Shown piece by piece: positions 1-10,200 of a stretch of DNA of 35,792 bases. How positions within the stretch are numbered: position 1 is the first letter of the stretch; each line of letters opens with the position of its first letter. The stretch is from IMG/VR virus record IMGVR_UViG_3300032226_000348, positions 1 through 35,792 of that record. One strand, 5' to 3'. The translations under genes were made by a program, and so were the position numbers. The DNA is from a virus. Lineage: Duplodnaviria; Caudoviricetes. The notes beneath the pieces were generated by a model. It worked only from the letters and a program-made list of their open reading frames with translations. It was not told the DNA's origin and searched no databases.

Positions 1-999
1 GGTGTAAATTTAGCATTTGAGACCGACCTTCTCTATCTTGATGTTAACAACTCTCGCATAGGTGTTAAGACTGCGTCTCCTCAATACGACCTAGATGTCA
101 ACGGTACCACAAGAACTACTAATCTTATAGTAGACACACAAGCAGATATTGCACAGTTTACCATCAGCGGTAACACAATTTCTAGCTCTAATAACACAAT
201 CAATTTTATTCCAACAGGCGGCACTGCTACAGTATACCAAGCACGCCTACAGGTAAATGATTTTGAAATTCAAGGCAATACAATTTCTACAACTGTATCA
301 AACTCAAACATTGAGTTTCGTCCAAACGGAATTGGAATTGTAGACATTTATTCAAATGCTACAGTTAACGGCAATTTAACAGTAACCGGAAATACTAATG
401 TTACTGGCAATGTTACTATTGGCGGCAACATCACAATCGGCGATGCCTTAACTGACAGCATCACTATCAATGCCAGCATCAACAGCGATCTAATACCTCA
501 AACAGATAATGCATATGATCTAGGAAGCCCTAGTTTCCGCTGGAGAACTGTCTACGCACAGAACTTCTTTACAGATATGCTGAGTTTAGATTCTTTAGAC
601 ATTGGAAACTTACAGTTTAGAGATAATGAAATTACCACTACTACCGGAATGAATTTGTCAATTTTTGGCAACGGCACAGGCGGTGTTGATCTAGGTAATT
701 TTAGATTTAGAGATAATACAATAACAAACATTGCTAATAATGCAATCAGTCAAATACTTGCAACTGGCACAGGCTATTTTAAAATTGCAGGTACTAACGG
801 TGTTGTACTACCTCGAGGCAGTAACGGAACACGACCAACGGCTTATGCAGTGGTTGGTATGACTAGATTTAACACTGATTCAAGAGCTCTAGAAGTTTGG
901 GACGGCTTTAGTTGGGCAAGTCCTGCAGGTAGTTCGGGAGCAGTAACTGGCTCTCAAGCCGAAGATATATCTGTAGCGTTTGCGCTCACATTAGGATAA
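1..999 (+). CDS. Virion structural protein, 5'-truncated (reading frame open from base 1; the ORF track shows only 577..999)
   Basis: Frame 1 reads GVNLAFETDLLYLDVNNSRIGVKTASPQYDLDVNGTTRTT... in frame with 577. It has repeated 'GNTISS/GNTIST/DNEITT/DNTITN' beta units and a C-terminal LPxG...RP...GMTRFNT...EVWDG..W module typical of T4-like fibre/baseplate proteins. Confidence 0.75.
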   Translation, partial: GVNLAFETDLLYLDVNNSRIGVKTASPQYDLDVNGTTRTTNLIVDTQADIAQFTISGNTISSSNNTINFIPTGGTATVYQARLQVNDFEIQGNTISTTVSNSNIEFRPNGIGIVDIYSNATVNGNLTVTGNTNVTGNVTIGGNITIGDALTDSITINASINSDLIPQTDNAYDLGSPSFRWRTVYAQNFFTDMLSLDSLDIGNLQFRDNEITTTTGMNLSIFGNGTGGVDLGNFRFRDNTITNIANNAISQILATGTGYFKIAGTNGVVLPRGSNGTRPTAYAVVGMTRFNTDSRALEVWDGFSWASPAGSSGAVTGSQAEDISVAFALTLG

Positions 1000-1003
1000 T
1001 AAT

Positions 1004-1336
1004 ATGCCAACAGTTTTTAAACATGCAGTTAACACAAGTATTGGAACAGATCCAGTTGATGTGCTGCAAATCCCAGCAGGTGTTAGAGCAACTGTAATTG
1101 GTTGTAATATTGCCAATGTTACAGACTACGACACTGTAACAGTTAATGTTTATGTAGTAGACGAAAATTCAACGCAGGCTTATTATGTAAAGGGATTACC
1201 TATTCCGCCTAATACTAGCGTTAAAGTTATTACCAACGGAGAGAAACTGATTTTGCCAGAAACTTCGGGTATTAGAGTAGTTAGTGATGTTGAAGACAGT
1301 ATTGATACAACAATTAGTTATGTAGAGATTTCTTAA
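1004..1336 (+). CDS. Small conserved phage virion-type protein (paralogue of 14987..15322)
   Basis: 110 aa, beta-rich, AGGA upstream. Pattern 'V..IPAG..ATV..CNIAN...V.V....KLIL' parallels 14987..15322. Confidence 0.6.
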   Translation: MPTVFKHAVNTSIGTDPVDVLQIPAGVRATVIGCNIANVTDYDTVTVNVYVVDENSTQAYYVKGLPIPPNTSVKVITNGEKLILPETSGIRVVSDVEDSIDTTISYVEIS

Positions 1337-1347
1337 GGAACAAGAAT

Positions 1348-1716
1348 ATGGCACAGAGCAATTATTATTTAGGTAGAGACCCTGTAGAAATTCTAGGAGA
1401 TAGTCCTAGATATTGGTATGCCTTAAGAAGAAATCAAGACGGCGAATTGTTTATTGTTAGAAGCGATCAAGTATCTGATAAAGAAGCATACAGTATCAAC
1501 ATTCCCGGCCCTATCGGAGAAAATTTTGAAGATTTTGAACCGGGAGTAGATTACTTTGACGGTACCACAGAAGATCACGAACCAGAATATGAAAATATGT
1601 ATTACACTCAATATCGTTGGGATGACCGAAGCATATTTTATTATGTAGATAGTCAAGGAATGCTGGTGCAAAGAATTAATCAAGGATATACATATCCTAC
1701 AGGCATTTCAACTTAA
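1348..1716 (+). CDS. Hypothetical phage protein (acidic, Tyr-rich) in the structural operon
   Basis: 122 aa ORF with AAGGA RBS, tightly packed between co-oriented genes. Confidence 0.65.
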   Translation: MAQSNYYLGRDPVEILGDSPRYWYALRRNQDGELFIVRSDQVSDKEAYSINIPGPIGENFEDFEPGVDYFDGTTEDHEPEYENMYYTQYRWDDRSIFYYVDSQGMLVQRINQGYTYPTGIST

Positions 1717-1732
1717 TTAAGCAGAGAACAAA

Positions 1733-4700
1733 ATGGCAGAATTTAAGATCAGTAGATTTAGATATACTTGGCGAGACGAGTGGGCCGCAGATTCGTCTAC
1801 ATACAACAAAGATGATGTAGTCCTATATCAGGGAAAATCATGGGTTTGTATTAGACAACACACTGCTTCTACATTTTATCAAGATCAAGCATATATTCCT
1901 CCCGGAGAAACACTAGCAAGCCCTGCTTGGGTAAAAATGACCGATGGTCGAAAATATCTAGGCACTTGGCTACCAAACCAAGTATATGATGCAGGAGTAT
2001 TAGTTAATGTAGGCGCAAATGTATACCTGTGTATTACTAGTCATACTGCCGGAGCTAACTTTAGCAACACTATTGTAAATTGGGAAATTTTTGCTACAGG
2101 TTCTAAATTTAGAAGTGCTTGGACTGCTTCAACACGATTTAGAATTGGTGATGTTGTGGTCTATGGTGGAAATACTTATCAGTGTATTCTAGAACACGAT
2201 TCTGCAGCAAGTGCATCTGGAATCATAACAGGCAACAGCGACACTGTAGACGACAGCACACTGGAAACCTGGACATACCTGTTAGAAAACGATAAATTTA
2301 TCGGCACATACGCATTTGGCACTAGATACAGACTCAACGAATTAGTCAAGTATGGCGGAAGTATTCTAAGATGCATACAAGAACATACAACCACAGCTGG
2401 TTCTGGTGCAACTATTGACAACACAAAATTTGAAACTTATCTGCAAGGATATAATTTTGTAGGCGATCACAATCCTACAACAGCTTATGCTATCGGTGAT
2501 GTTGTACGATACGGTGGATTTATCTACAGAAGTTTGTCAAACCTAGCTGCTGCCACTCCAGGTTTTTCAGATTCGTATCCTCAAGGAAATCCTAATTGGT
2601 TTAAAATTGCAGAAGCAACCAATTATCTTGGAGTATACGATCCAGTAGGTACCTATAAAAACGGCGATATAGTTCAAAAAGGCGGCAGTATATGGAAGTG
2701 CATAACTGACGTTGAGCCAGACGGCAGCACCTTGATGTATTTAGATACATCAAATTGGGAACTGGTAATATCTGCAGATGCATTCAGAAGCCGCTGGGCG
2801 GCCACAACAAATTACAGCGTCGGCGACATTGTTTACTATAAAGGCAGTACCTACAAAGCTATGATTGCTCACATCGCTACTGCTATAGATTTTCCTGGAG
2901 ATAACGGCAGTGTAACAGGCATGTGGGAACTGCTAGTTCAAGGCAGTGACGAAGCTGGTATGATCCAGTTTGGTGATATGTTAGTCTACGATCAAAGTAG
3001 ATTGCCAGCAGACGATCAAAGTTCTCTAGGACCAACTCGAGTACCAATCGGAACTCCTGATCAACTGCTCACAGTGGCCGACAACTTAGGATCTGTAGAT
3101 TGGGAACCTTGGGGAGATTTTTCAAGAATATTTTTTGTAAGAACAAATGGTGTAGATGATGATACCGATGTTCAAAGAGGGATTAACTATTTCAAGCCTT
3201 ACAAAACTTTAAGATATGCGTTGACCAAAGCCGATGATAACTACAGCGGATTTACTACTATCATTGTTGCAACCGGCGAATACTATGAAGTATTACCTTT
3301 AATTGTGCCTGCTAGAACTATGATTTCTGGAGAAGAATTAAGATCAACATCTATCACAGCCAGTTTACCTAATCCTAATATGGACGGCGATGCATTTTAT
3401 ACAATTGCAGCAATTCAAAGATTAAGTTTCATCACAGTCAGTTTAATCACCGGCAGTCTTATCACACGCTCAACAGGCAACACAATTACTCAAAGTGTAA
3501 TTCCTACAGGTAACAATGCATCAGCAGCGTTGGTGCAGGCATTATTTGCCAATATTGTAGACACTATAAATTATCGAGTCAACGATTCAGGATCAAATCC
3601 TGTAGTATCGGGTACTAATACACTTACAGTAGACAGTGTAAGATTACAAACAGTAATAAATTTAGAAAATAACAAAAACTTTCTTGCACAAGAAGCTGTA
3701 TCTTACATCCAACAATCTTATCCTGCATACAATTTCAATAGTGATCTATGCAAGAGAGACATAAAAGAATTTATCAAAGCTATTCAGTATGATCTTCAAT
3801 ACCCTGGAAATTACAAAACACTGTTAGCTGCTAGATATTATTCAAATGCAGTTACTGGATCAGCACTAGAGGATATGTTTTATTTTAGAGATGCCAGCGG
3901 AATGAAAAACTGCACTCTAAAGGGACTAGCAGGCACACTGCCAGCAGCAGTAGAAGGAGAAAATTATCAACTGCCTACAGGTGGTGCATTCTGTAGCCTA
4001 GATCCAGGTTGGGGAGCCGCAGATAGTAGAACATGGATCACTACCAGAAGCCCATATATTCAAAACGTTACAACTTTTGGAACTGGAGCAATAGGTCAAA
4101 AAGTAGACGGTGCCTTACACAACGGTGGAAATAAATCTATAGTTTCAAATGACTTTACACAGGTAATATCAGACGGTATTGGTGCTTGGATGTTAAACGG
4201 CGGCCGCGGCGAATTAGTATCTGTGTTCTCCTACTATGCACACATAGGTATGTTTGCCACCAACGGCGGTATCATTAGAGCCACCAACGGTAATAGTTCT
4301 TACGGAAATTTTGGATCAATTGCAGACGGAATTGACAACACCGAGGTTGTTCGTTATGGAAAACTTAACACAAGAACCACACAAGCCACAGTAGCCTCAG
4401 CATTTGCAGGAGAGATTAATGACTTTATCTTTGGGTTAGAGTTTGCCAATGCAGGTCAAGAATATACCACCGCAAGTTATTCACTAGTTAGTTCGGGTAC
4501 AGGTGCAGTAGCCGTACAAGAAGAATTTAGAGACAACGGAGTTTTTGAAATACAGGTATTATCTGCAGGTTTAGGATTTATTCAGGCAGGTAACCAAGCC
4601 TCATCAGGAACAACAACAACTATTACACTAGCAGTAAGCGAAAGTGTTTTAGAATCTGAAATTTTAGGAATGAGAATAATATTAACTAGCGGTCCAGGAA

Positions 4701-7252
4701 CTGGACAGTACGGTTATGTTAGTTCTTATAATCTTGGCACTAGAGTATGTACAGTTTACAGAGAAAGTGATAACCAGCCAGGTTGGGACCATGTGTTACC
4801 TGGGACTCCAAGTGCTGCGTTGTTAACTAGTGGAACTACATATAGATTTGAACCAAGACCAATTTTCAGTGATCCTGGATTTACAGCAACCAATGTGACT
4901 CTTTCTTCGGCTGGCAATTATTCAAATATAGTCTACGGAGAAACCAGCAATGTGTATACTGGATTAACAGGCGGAGTTGGAACCGGAGAAGTAGATGGCA
5001 CTGACGGATTAGTTCCGGTTACCGCAGTATGGACGGTGACTAAAACTGGAAGAACTTATTCGGCAGTGTTAACTAATCCTGGAGCAGGATATAGAGTTAA
5101 TGACACAATAGTAATATCAGGCGCAAATATTGGTGGTCAAGACATTGAACACGATCTTAGAATCACAATAACAGCCACCACTGAAGACAGTACAAATTCC
5201 ATAGTTCTTTATGAAATCTCAGGCAGTGCCGTTGCCGATAGCGGAAAATTTGTTATTACTCCTTCAAGTGGAGCTATTGGAAGATATTCTGGAGACGGAG
5301 ATACCTGGGCTACATTTACTTTACCTGGTTCAGGCAACTGGCGTTGTGTTGCAGCCGGCGACAACAAATTTGTGGCAATTAAATTTGGAACCAGTGAAGC
5401 AGCATCAAGTATAGATGGCGTATCATGGGCTAGTAGCACAATGCCTAGTTCCAGAAATTGGAACGGAGTAGCCTACGGTAAGCCTTCTACTTCAACTACG
5501 GGTGTATTCGTTGCAGTAGCAGGAAATCTTAATTCAGCTGCTTATTCTACAAACGGTACAACTTGGTCATCATCATCACTGCCAACTTACGGTGATTCAA
5601 CGCTTAATGAGTGGATTAGTGTTGCCTACGGATCTAATGTATTTGTGGCCATTGCTAACACGGGAAATATTGCTGCGATAGGTTCATGGAACGGTACTGC
5701 ATTGACCTGGGAAGGCACCATTATGGATGCCATTGCAGACTCGTCTCAGAAAGATTGGGTATCTGTGGCCTATGGCAATCGTAGATTTGTTGCTATCAGT
5801 AGCACTGGCGATGTTGCTTACAGTTTTGACGGTCGCGACTGGTTAGGTGCAACTATGCCAACAGAAGACGGATCTACTATACACAACTGGAAACAAATTA
5901 AATATGGTCAGGGAGTATTTTTTGCAGTAGGAGATACTGGATCTAGAACAGTGGGAAACGATCCCACAACAGGGCCAACAACATTTGCTGCAACATCATA
6001 TGACGGCATTGTTTGGACTTCTAGGACACTTGCAACTTCTGCATCGTGGGGATCAGTGGCATTTGGAAATCCAGATGTGACTATTGGCGACAGTACGGTT
6101 ACCAACAGCAAGGGCTTATGGATTACCGTAGTAGACGGTAATGGTGTTGCTAATGCTAATATTAATAAAATCTTTACGGGCGCACGAACTCTAGGCAGAG
6201 TTGTAATTGAAGGCACATCAGTGCGATCGATAAAAATATGGGAACCAGGTTCAGGATACTTGACTACACCTACACTAACAGTGACCGAACCAAACAACAC
6301 TGTAGATCCAATTTTTAGAATAAGAACTGCCGACGGAGTACTAGCGCAGCCGACATTTATTACCAAAGGTTCTGCATACAAAACCAGCAAAACTACAGTT
6401 ACTGTCATCGGCGACGGGTTCGCTGACGTTACTCCAGTAGGAAGATATGTCACTGTAGATAATTTAACCCTGATGCCTGGCCCTGGCGCTCAATTTTATA
6501 TCGGCGGAAGAACTGATTATTTTACTGCGGTAGTAGTTGGTATAGATAGGCAAGATTTTGAAGATGGCACAATACAGGCCACTTTCCAACTGAATCCAAA
6601 TCCAACATTACTTGATTTCTTTGAAGATGACATGGAAGTGGTTATTAGAGAAAAATATAGTCAGGTAAGGATTACTGGACACGATTTCTTAGATGTAGGT
6701 ACAGGAAATTTTGTACAAACTAACTATCCAGTGATATATCAAGAATACGAATATACTCCTTTACCATTACAAGAAGTTCAGAGTTATAATGGTGGTCGAG
6801 TGTTCTATACATCAACTGACCAAGACGGTAACTTCCGAGCAGGTAACTTGTTTGCAGTTCAGCAAGCTACCGGTATCATTACAATTAGTGCGGAATTCTT
6901 TGATCTACAGGGATTGACCGAATTACGACTAGGCGGTATTAGAGTTGGATCGACAGCGGTAATTAGAGAGTTTAGTAAAGATCCTTTGTTTGTACAAAAT
7001 TCTAACAATATTATTCCTACTCAACGAGCGATAGTTTCTTATCTATCGTCTAGATTAAATATTGGCGGTGAAGATTTGTTAACCCCAACAGTAACAGCTG
7101 GTCTAGTTAGATTAGGACCAGCCAGTATATCAAATACTGCTGGATTGACTATAGATATTCCAAGAATAGCAGACTTCTACGGGGCAGACTGTAGAATATC
7201 CGGAAGCATCATTGCACAAACAATGTTCTTTAACAGTTTTAGAGATGATTGA
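1733..7252 (+). CDS. Giant tail/baseplate-associated structural protein (1839 aa) with N-terminal CBM5/12-like repeats, one CxRD helical repeat and propeller-like repeats
   Basis: N-terminal repeats W...Y..GDVV.YGG..Y.C...H; central SLDPGWG/SPYIQNV/SNDFTQ/ELVSVFSYY block; W.SVAYG...FVA(I/V) repeats at about 5240-6140; C-terminal YSQVRITGHDFL...GGRVFYTSTDQDGNFR...EFS.DP...PTQRAI. Collinear paralogue of 7286..14971. Confidence 0.8.
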   Translation: MAEFKISRFRYTWRDEWAADSSTYNKDDVVLYQGKSWVCIRQHTASTFYQDQAYIPPGETLASPAWVKMTDGRKYLGTWLPNQVYDAGVLVNVGANVYLCITSHTAGANFSNTIVNWEIFATGSKFRSAWTASTRFRIGDVVVYGGNTYQCILEHDSAASASGIITGNSDTVDDSTLETWTYLLENDKFIGTYAFGTRYRLNELVKYGGSILRCIQEHTTTAGSGATIDNTKFETYLQGYNFVGDHNPTTAYAIGDVVRYGGFIYRSLSNLAAATPGFSDSYPQGNPNWFKIAEATNYLGVYDPVGTYKNGDIVQKGGSIWKCITDVEPDGSTLMYLDTSNWELVISADAFRSRWAATTNYSVGDIVYYKGSTYKAMIAHIATAIDFPGDNGSVTGMWELLVQGSDEAGMIQFGDMLVYDQSRLPADDQSSLGPTRVPIGTPDQLLTVADNLGSVDWEPWGDFSRIFFVRTNGVDDDTDVQRGINYFKPYKTLRYALTKADDNYSGFTTIIVATGEYYEVLPLIVPARTMISGEELRSTSITASLPNPNMDGDAFYTIAAIQRLSFITVSLITGSLITRSTGNTITQSVIPTGNNASAALVQALFANIVDTINYRVNDSGSNPVVSGTNTLTVDSVRLQTVINLENNKNFLAQEAVSYIQQSYPAYNFNSDLCKRDIKEFIKAIQYDLQYPGNYKTLLAARYYSNAVTGSALEDMFYFRDASGMKNCTLKGLAGTLPAAVEGENYQLPTGGAFCSLDPGWGAADSRTWITTRSPYIQNVTTFGTGAIGQKVDGALHNGGNKSIVSNDFTQVISDGIGAWMLNGGRGELVSVFSYYAHIGMFATNGGIIRATNGNSSYGNFGSIADGIDNTEVVRYGKLNTRTTQATVASAFAGEINDFIFGLEFANAGQEYTTASYSLVSSGTGAVAVQEEFRDNGVFEIQVLSAGLGFIQAGNQASSGTTTTITLAVSESVLESEILGMRIILTSGPGTGQYGYVSSYNLGTRVCTVYRESDNQPGWDHVLPGTPSAALLTSGTTYRFEPRPIFSDPGFTATNVTLSSAGNYSNIVYGETSNVYTGLTGGVGTGEVDGTDGLVPVTAVWTVTKTGRTYSAVLTNPGAGYRVNDTIVISGANIGGQDIEHDLRITITATTEDSTNSIVLYEISGSAVADSGKFVITPSSGAIGRYSGDGDTWATFTLPGSGNWRCVAAGDNKFVAIKFGTSEAASSIDGVSWASSTMPSSRNWNGVAYGKPSTSTTGVFVAVAGNLNSAAYSTNGTTWSSSSLPTYGDSTLNEWISVAYGSNVFVAIANTGNIAAIGSWNGTALTWEGTIMDAIADSSQKDWVSVAYGNRRFVAISSTGDVAYSFDGRDWLGATMPTEDGSTIHNWKQIKYGQGVFFAVGDTGSRTVGNDPTTGPTTFAATSYDGIVWTSRTLATSASWGSVAFGNPDVTIGDSTVTNSKGLWITVVDGNGVANANINKIFTGARTLGRVVIEGTSVRSIKIWEPGSGYLTTPTLTVTEPNNTVDPIFRIRTADGVLAQPTFITKGSAYKTSKTTVTVIGDGFADVTPVGRYVTVDNLTLMPGPGAQFYIGGRTDYFTAVVVGIDRQDFEDGTIQATFQLNPNPTLLDFFEDDMEVVIREKYSQVRITGHDFLDVGTGNFVQTNYPVIYQEYEYTPLPLQEVQSYNGGRVFYTSTDQDGNFRAGNLFAVQQATGIITISAEFFDLQGLTELRLGGIRVGSTAVIREFSKDPLFVQNSNNIIPTQRAIVSYLSSRLNIGGEDLLTPTVTAGLVRLGPASISNTAGLTIDIPRIADFYGADCRISGSIIAQTMFFNSFRDD
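6791..6839 (+). repeat. 49-bp exact direct repeat, copy 1 (copy 2 at 14531..14579)
   Basis: ggtggtcgagtgttctatacatcaactgaccaagacggtaacttccgag is identical at both positions. Confidence 0.9.
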
Positions 7253-7258
7253 TTTTTT

Positions 7259-7266
7259 AATAAATA
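7259..7266 (+). promoter_or_regulatory. T4-type late promoter (AATAAATA)
   Basis: One mismatch to TATAAATA, intergenic, followed by GGAG RBS and ATG at 7286. Confidence 0.6.
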
Positions 7267-7285
7267 TTACGAAGCGGAGTTTATA

Positions 7286-10200
7286 ATGGCAGAATTTAAA
7301 TTAGGAAGAATTAGATTTGTTTGGAAGAGCGAGTGGACAACCGCTACAACCTATTACAAAGACGATGTTGTTAGATTTGGTGGAAAGACCTATGTCTGCC
7401 AGGTTGGTCACACTTCCGCAATAGATTTTAATACAGACCTTGACATTAGTCCTACTAAATGGAATTTAATGAGCGACGGACAGCGTTGGAGAGATGCTTG
7501 GTCTGTGAGTACCGCCTACCAAGAAGGCGACCTAGTAAAATACGGCGGAACGATCTATGTCTGTGTGGATGCACATACTTCTGCTGCAACAACTGCTTTA
7601 GGCCTAGAAAACAATTCAGCAGACTGGAATTTGTTTATTGAAGGCATAGAAAATCGAGGCGACTGGGCAGTATCAACACGATACAAACTCAACGACATTG
7701 TAAGATACGGAGCCATAAGTTATATTTGTGTAACAGCACACACTTCTGCTGCCGACACTACATCGGGCTTAGAGAGTAACATTGCAAATTGGCAGGTATT
7801 TTCTCAGGGATTAGAAAGCAAAGGTGACTGGGTAACTGCTACTAGATACAAATTAAATGATGTTGTAAAACAAGGCGCAAGTCTTTGGTTATGCAACACC
7901 TATCACACTGCCGCTGCTGCGTTTATAACAGACCTAGCAAATTGGACACAGTTGGTAGAAGGATTCGAATTTGAGTCAACTTGGAATTCTGGAACAACCT
8001 ATCAATCAGGTGACGTTGTTCGATACGGCGGAAACTCTTATGTTGCCAAAACAGTACATGCTGGTTCAAATCCAGTTACTGGAACTACTGACTGGGATCT
8101 GTTTGCTGAAAACTTAAAATATCAATCAAACTGGAGTAGTTCAACTTCTTATCGTATCGGCGAAGTTGTTAAACTCAATGCAAACACCTACTTGGCCACA
8201 GCTGATTCTGCATCATATGCCGTTACGGTAACTGCTACTACTGGAACAGGAACAAATACCCTAACAACTTCCACAAGCACTACTGGACTGGCTGTAGGAA
8301 TGACCATTAGATTTACTTCTGGTACATTTGGCGGAGTATTACAAGATGCTAGATATTATGTAAAAGAAATTGTTGGCCCAAATGCAATTAGAATTAGTAT
8401 ATCTGCAGGTGGTGCAAACTTTGCACTGACTACAGCAACTGGCACAATGGCAGCAACTGCTTCGGCAGAACCACCAAACACATCTTACTGGAGTCTTTTA
8501 AGTTCCGGTATCTACTGGAGAAGTTCTTGGTCAGATGACACTGAATACTATGCTGGTGATGTTGTAAATTATGGCGCTAATACTTACTACTGTATTTTGG
8601 CTCACAGGTCCGAAGGCGATGACGGATCTACAATCGGCACACAAGGCGGTGGTAATGCACTAAGTAGACCAGATGTTGATATCACTGGTACTTACTGGAA
8701 TGTGATGACTGTAGGTAGTGAAACTTCAGTACTAACTACAACCGGCGATATTGTATACTACGGTGGCGCAGGCCCAACAAGATTGCCTGTAGGCACAGAA
8801 GGTCAAGTCCTTCGTGTAAGTTCTTTAAACACACCTGAGTGGGTAACATGGGGTCAAACAGATCATGTTTACTATGTTTCACCAGACGGAGAAGATAGAG
8901 AGTACCCCGATTGTGGAGCCAGCTTAGACAAGCCATGGAAAACCATACGCTATGCCTGCGAACAGGTAGAAAAAGGTCCAAGAAATCCTAAAGCTCAACA
9001 TCTTCTAGAATTAAACCGTGCATTCATGCAGAAAGAAATCACAGCGTGGATTAGAACACAAATTGACGCAGCAACCGTCGGACAACTTTGGTATAATTTT
9101 GATTACGATGAATACAAGTGCGAACGAGATGTTGGATTTATCATTGACAGATTGATTTGGGATCTTGGGCACGGTGGAAATCTAAAGATGAGAGCCGCTG
9201 CATTTAGCTTGCTAGGAGCATTCGGTCAATCTGGAGAATTCTCAGCAGCAGAAGAAAGCGAAACATATGTAACACTAGCAGCAGAAGCAGACGAAGGTGT
9301 TGCAGCTTATGAACAATTAAAATTGTTGATAGCAGATGTATTGGCTAACGAAGTACCAACTACCGTTTATCAAACATTTGCACAAGACTCTACTGCCATA
9401 GTTACACAGTATATTAACACCGACTATGTGGCTGAAACTGGTATTACTACAACCACTGATGAATTAATTGATATCGTTATTACGGCTCTTGAAGATCAAG
9501 TTACTACTAATCTTCCAGCAAGACGTGTGCCTAATAACACAATCAATATTAAAACAGGTCAGTACAGAGAAACACTTCCTATCATTGTACCTGCAGAAAC
9601 TGCACTGGTAGGTGACGAAAAGCGTTCAGTAAACGCTGGACCAGCAGGTAGTCTAACCAGTCGTGATGATGCCAAGTACAGTATTGGCGCATTGACTAGA
9701 CTAGAAACTGTGGTTGGTCAGATCATACTGGGAACAAATGTAACAGAGTCGACAGGTAACACCGCTACTCAAAGTGCTCTAGTGCCATTTGCTAGTTCTG
9801 TAGAAGAACTAGATATCAAACGCTTGGTTAGAACCATTCAACACCAGATTGATTTTAAAATTGGTACAAATATATTAGAAACTGTAACTAATCCTACAGG
9901 TTATAATTCAACATTCTTATCTGGATTTGGTGATGCTCGTACTTTACTAAAAGAAAACAAAGAATTCCTTAAAGATGAAATCACGGCATTTATCACAGTA
10001 AACTATCCCGCAGTAAAATACAGTAGAACTAAATGTCGTAGAGACATTGGATTTATTATAGATGCAGTATGCTATGATATAACCTACGGCGGAAGCTATC
10101 AAACACTGACTGCAGGCGTGGCCTATTTTGATGGTAATGCCAGCACCGACTTACAAATTGACAGCTCAGAAATAGCTGCTACCGCTGCTAGTTACAGTCG

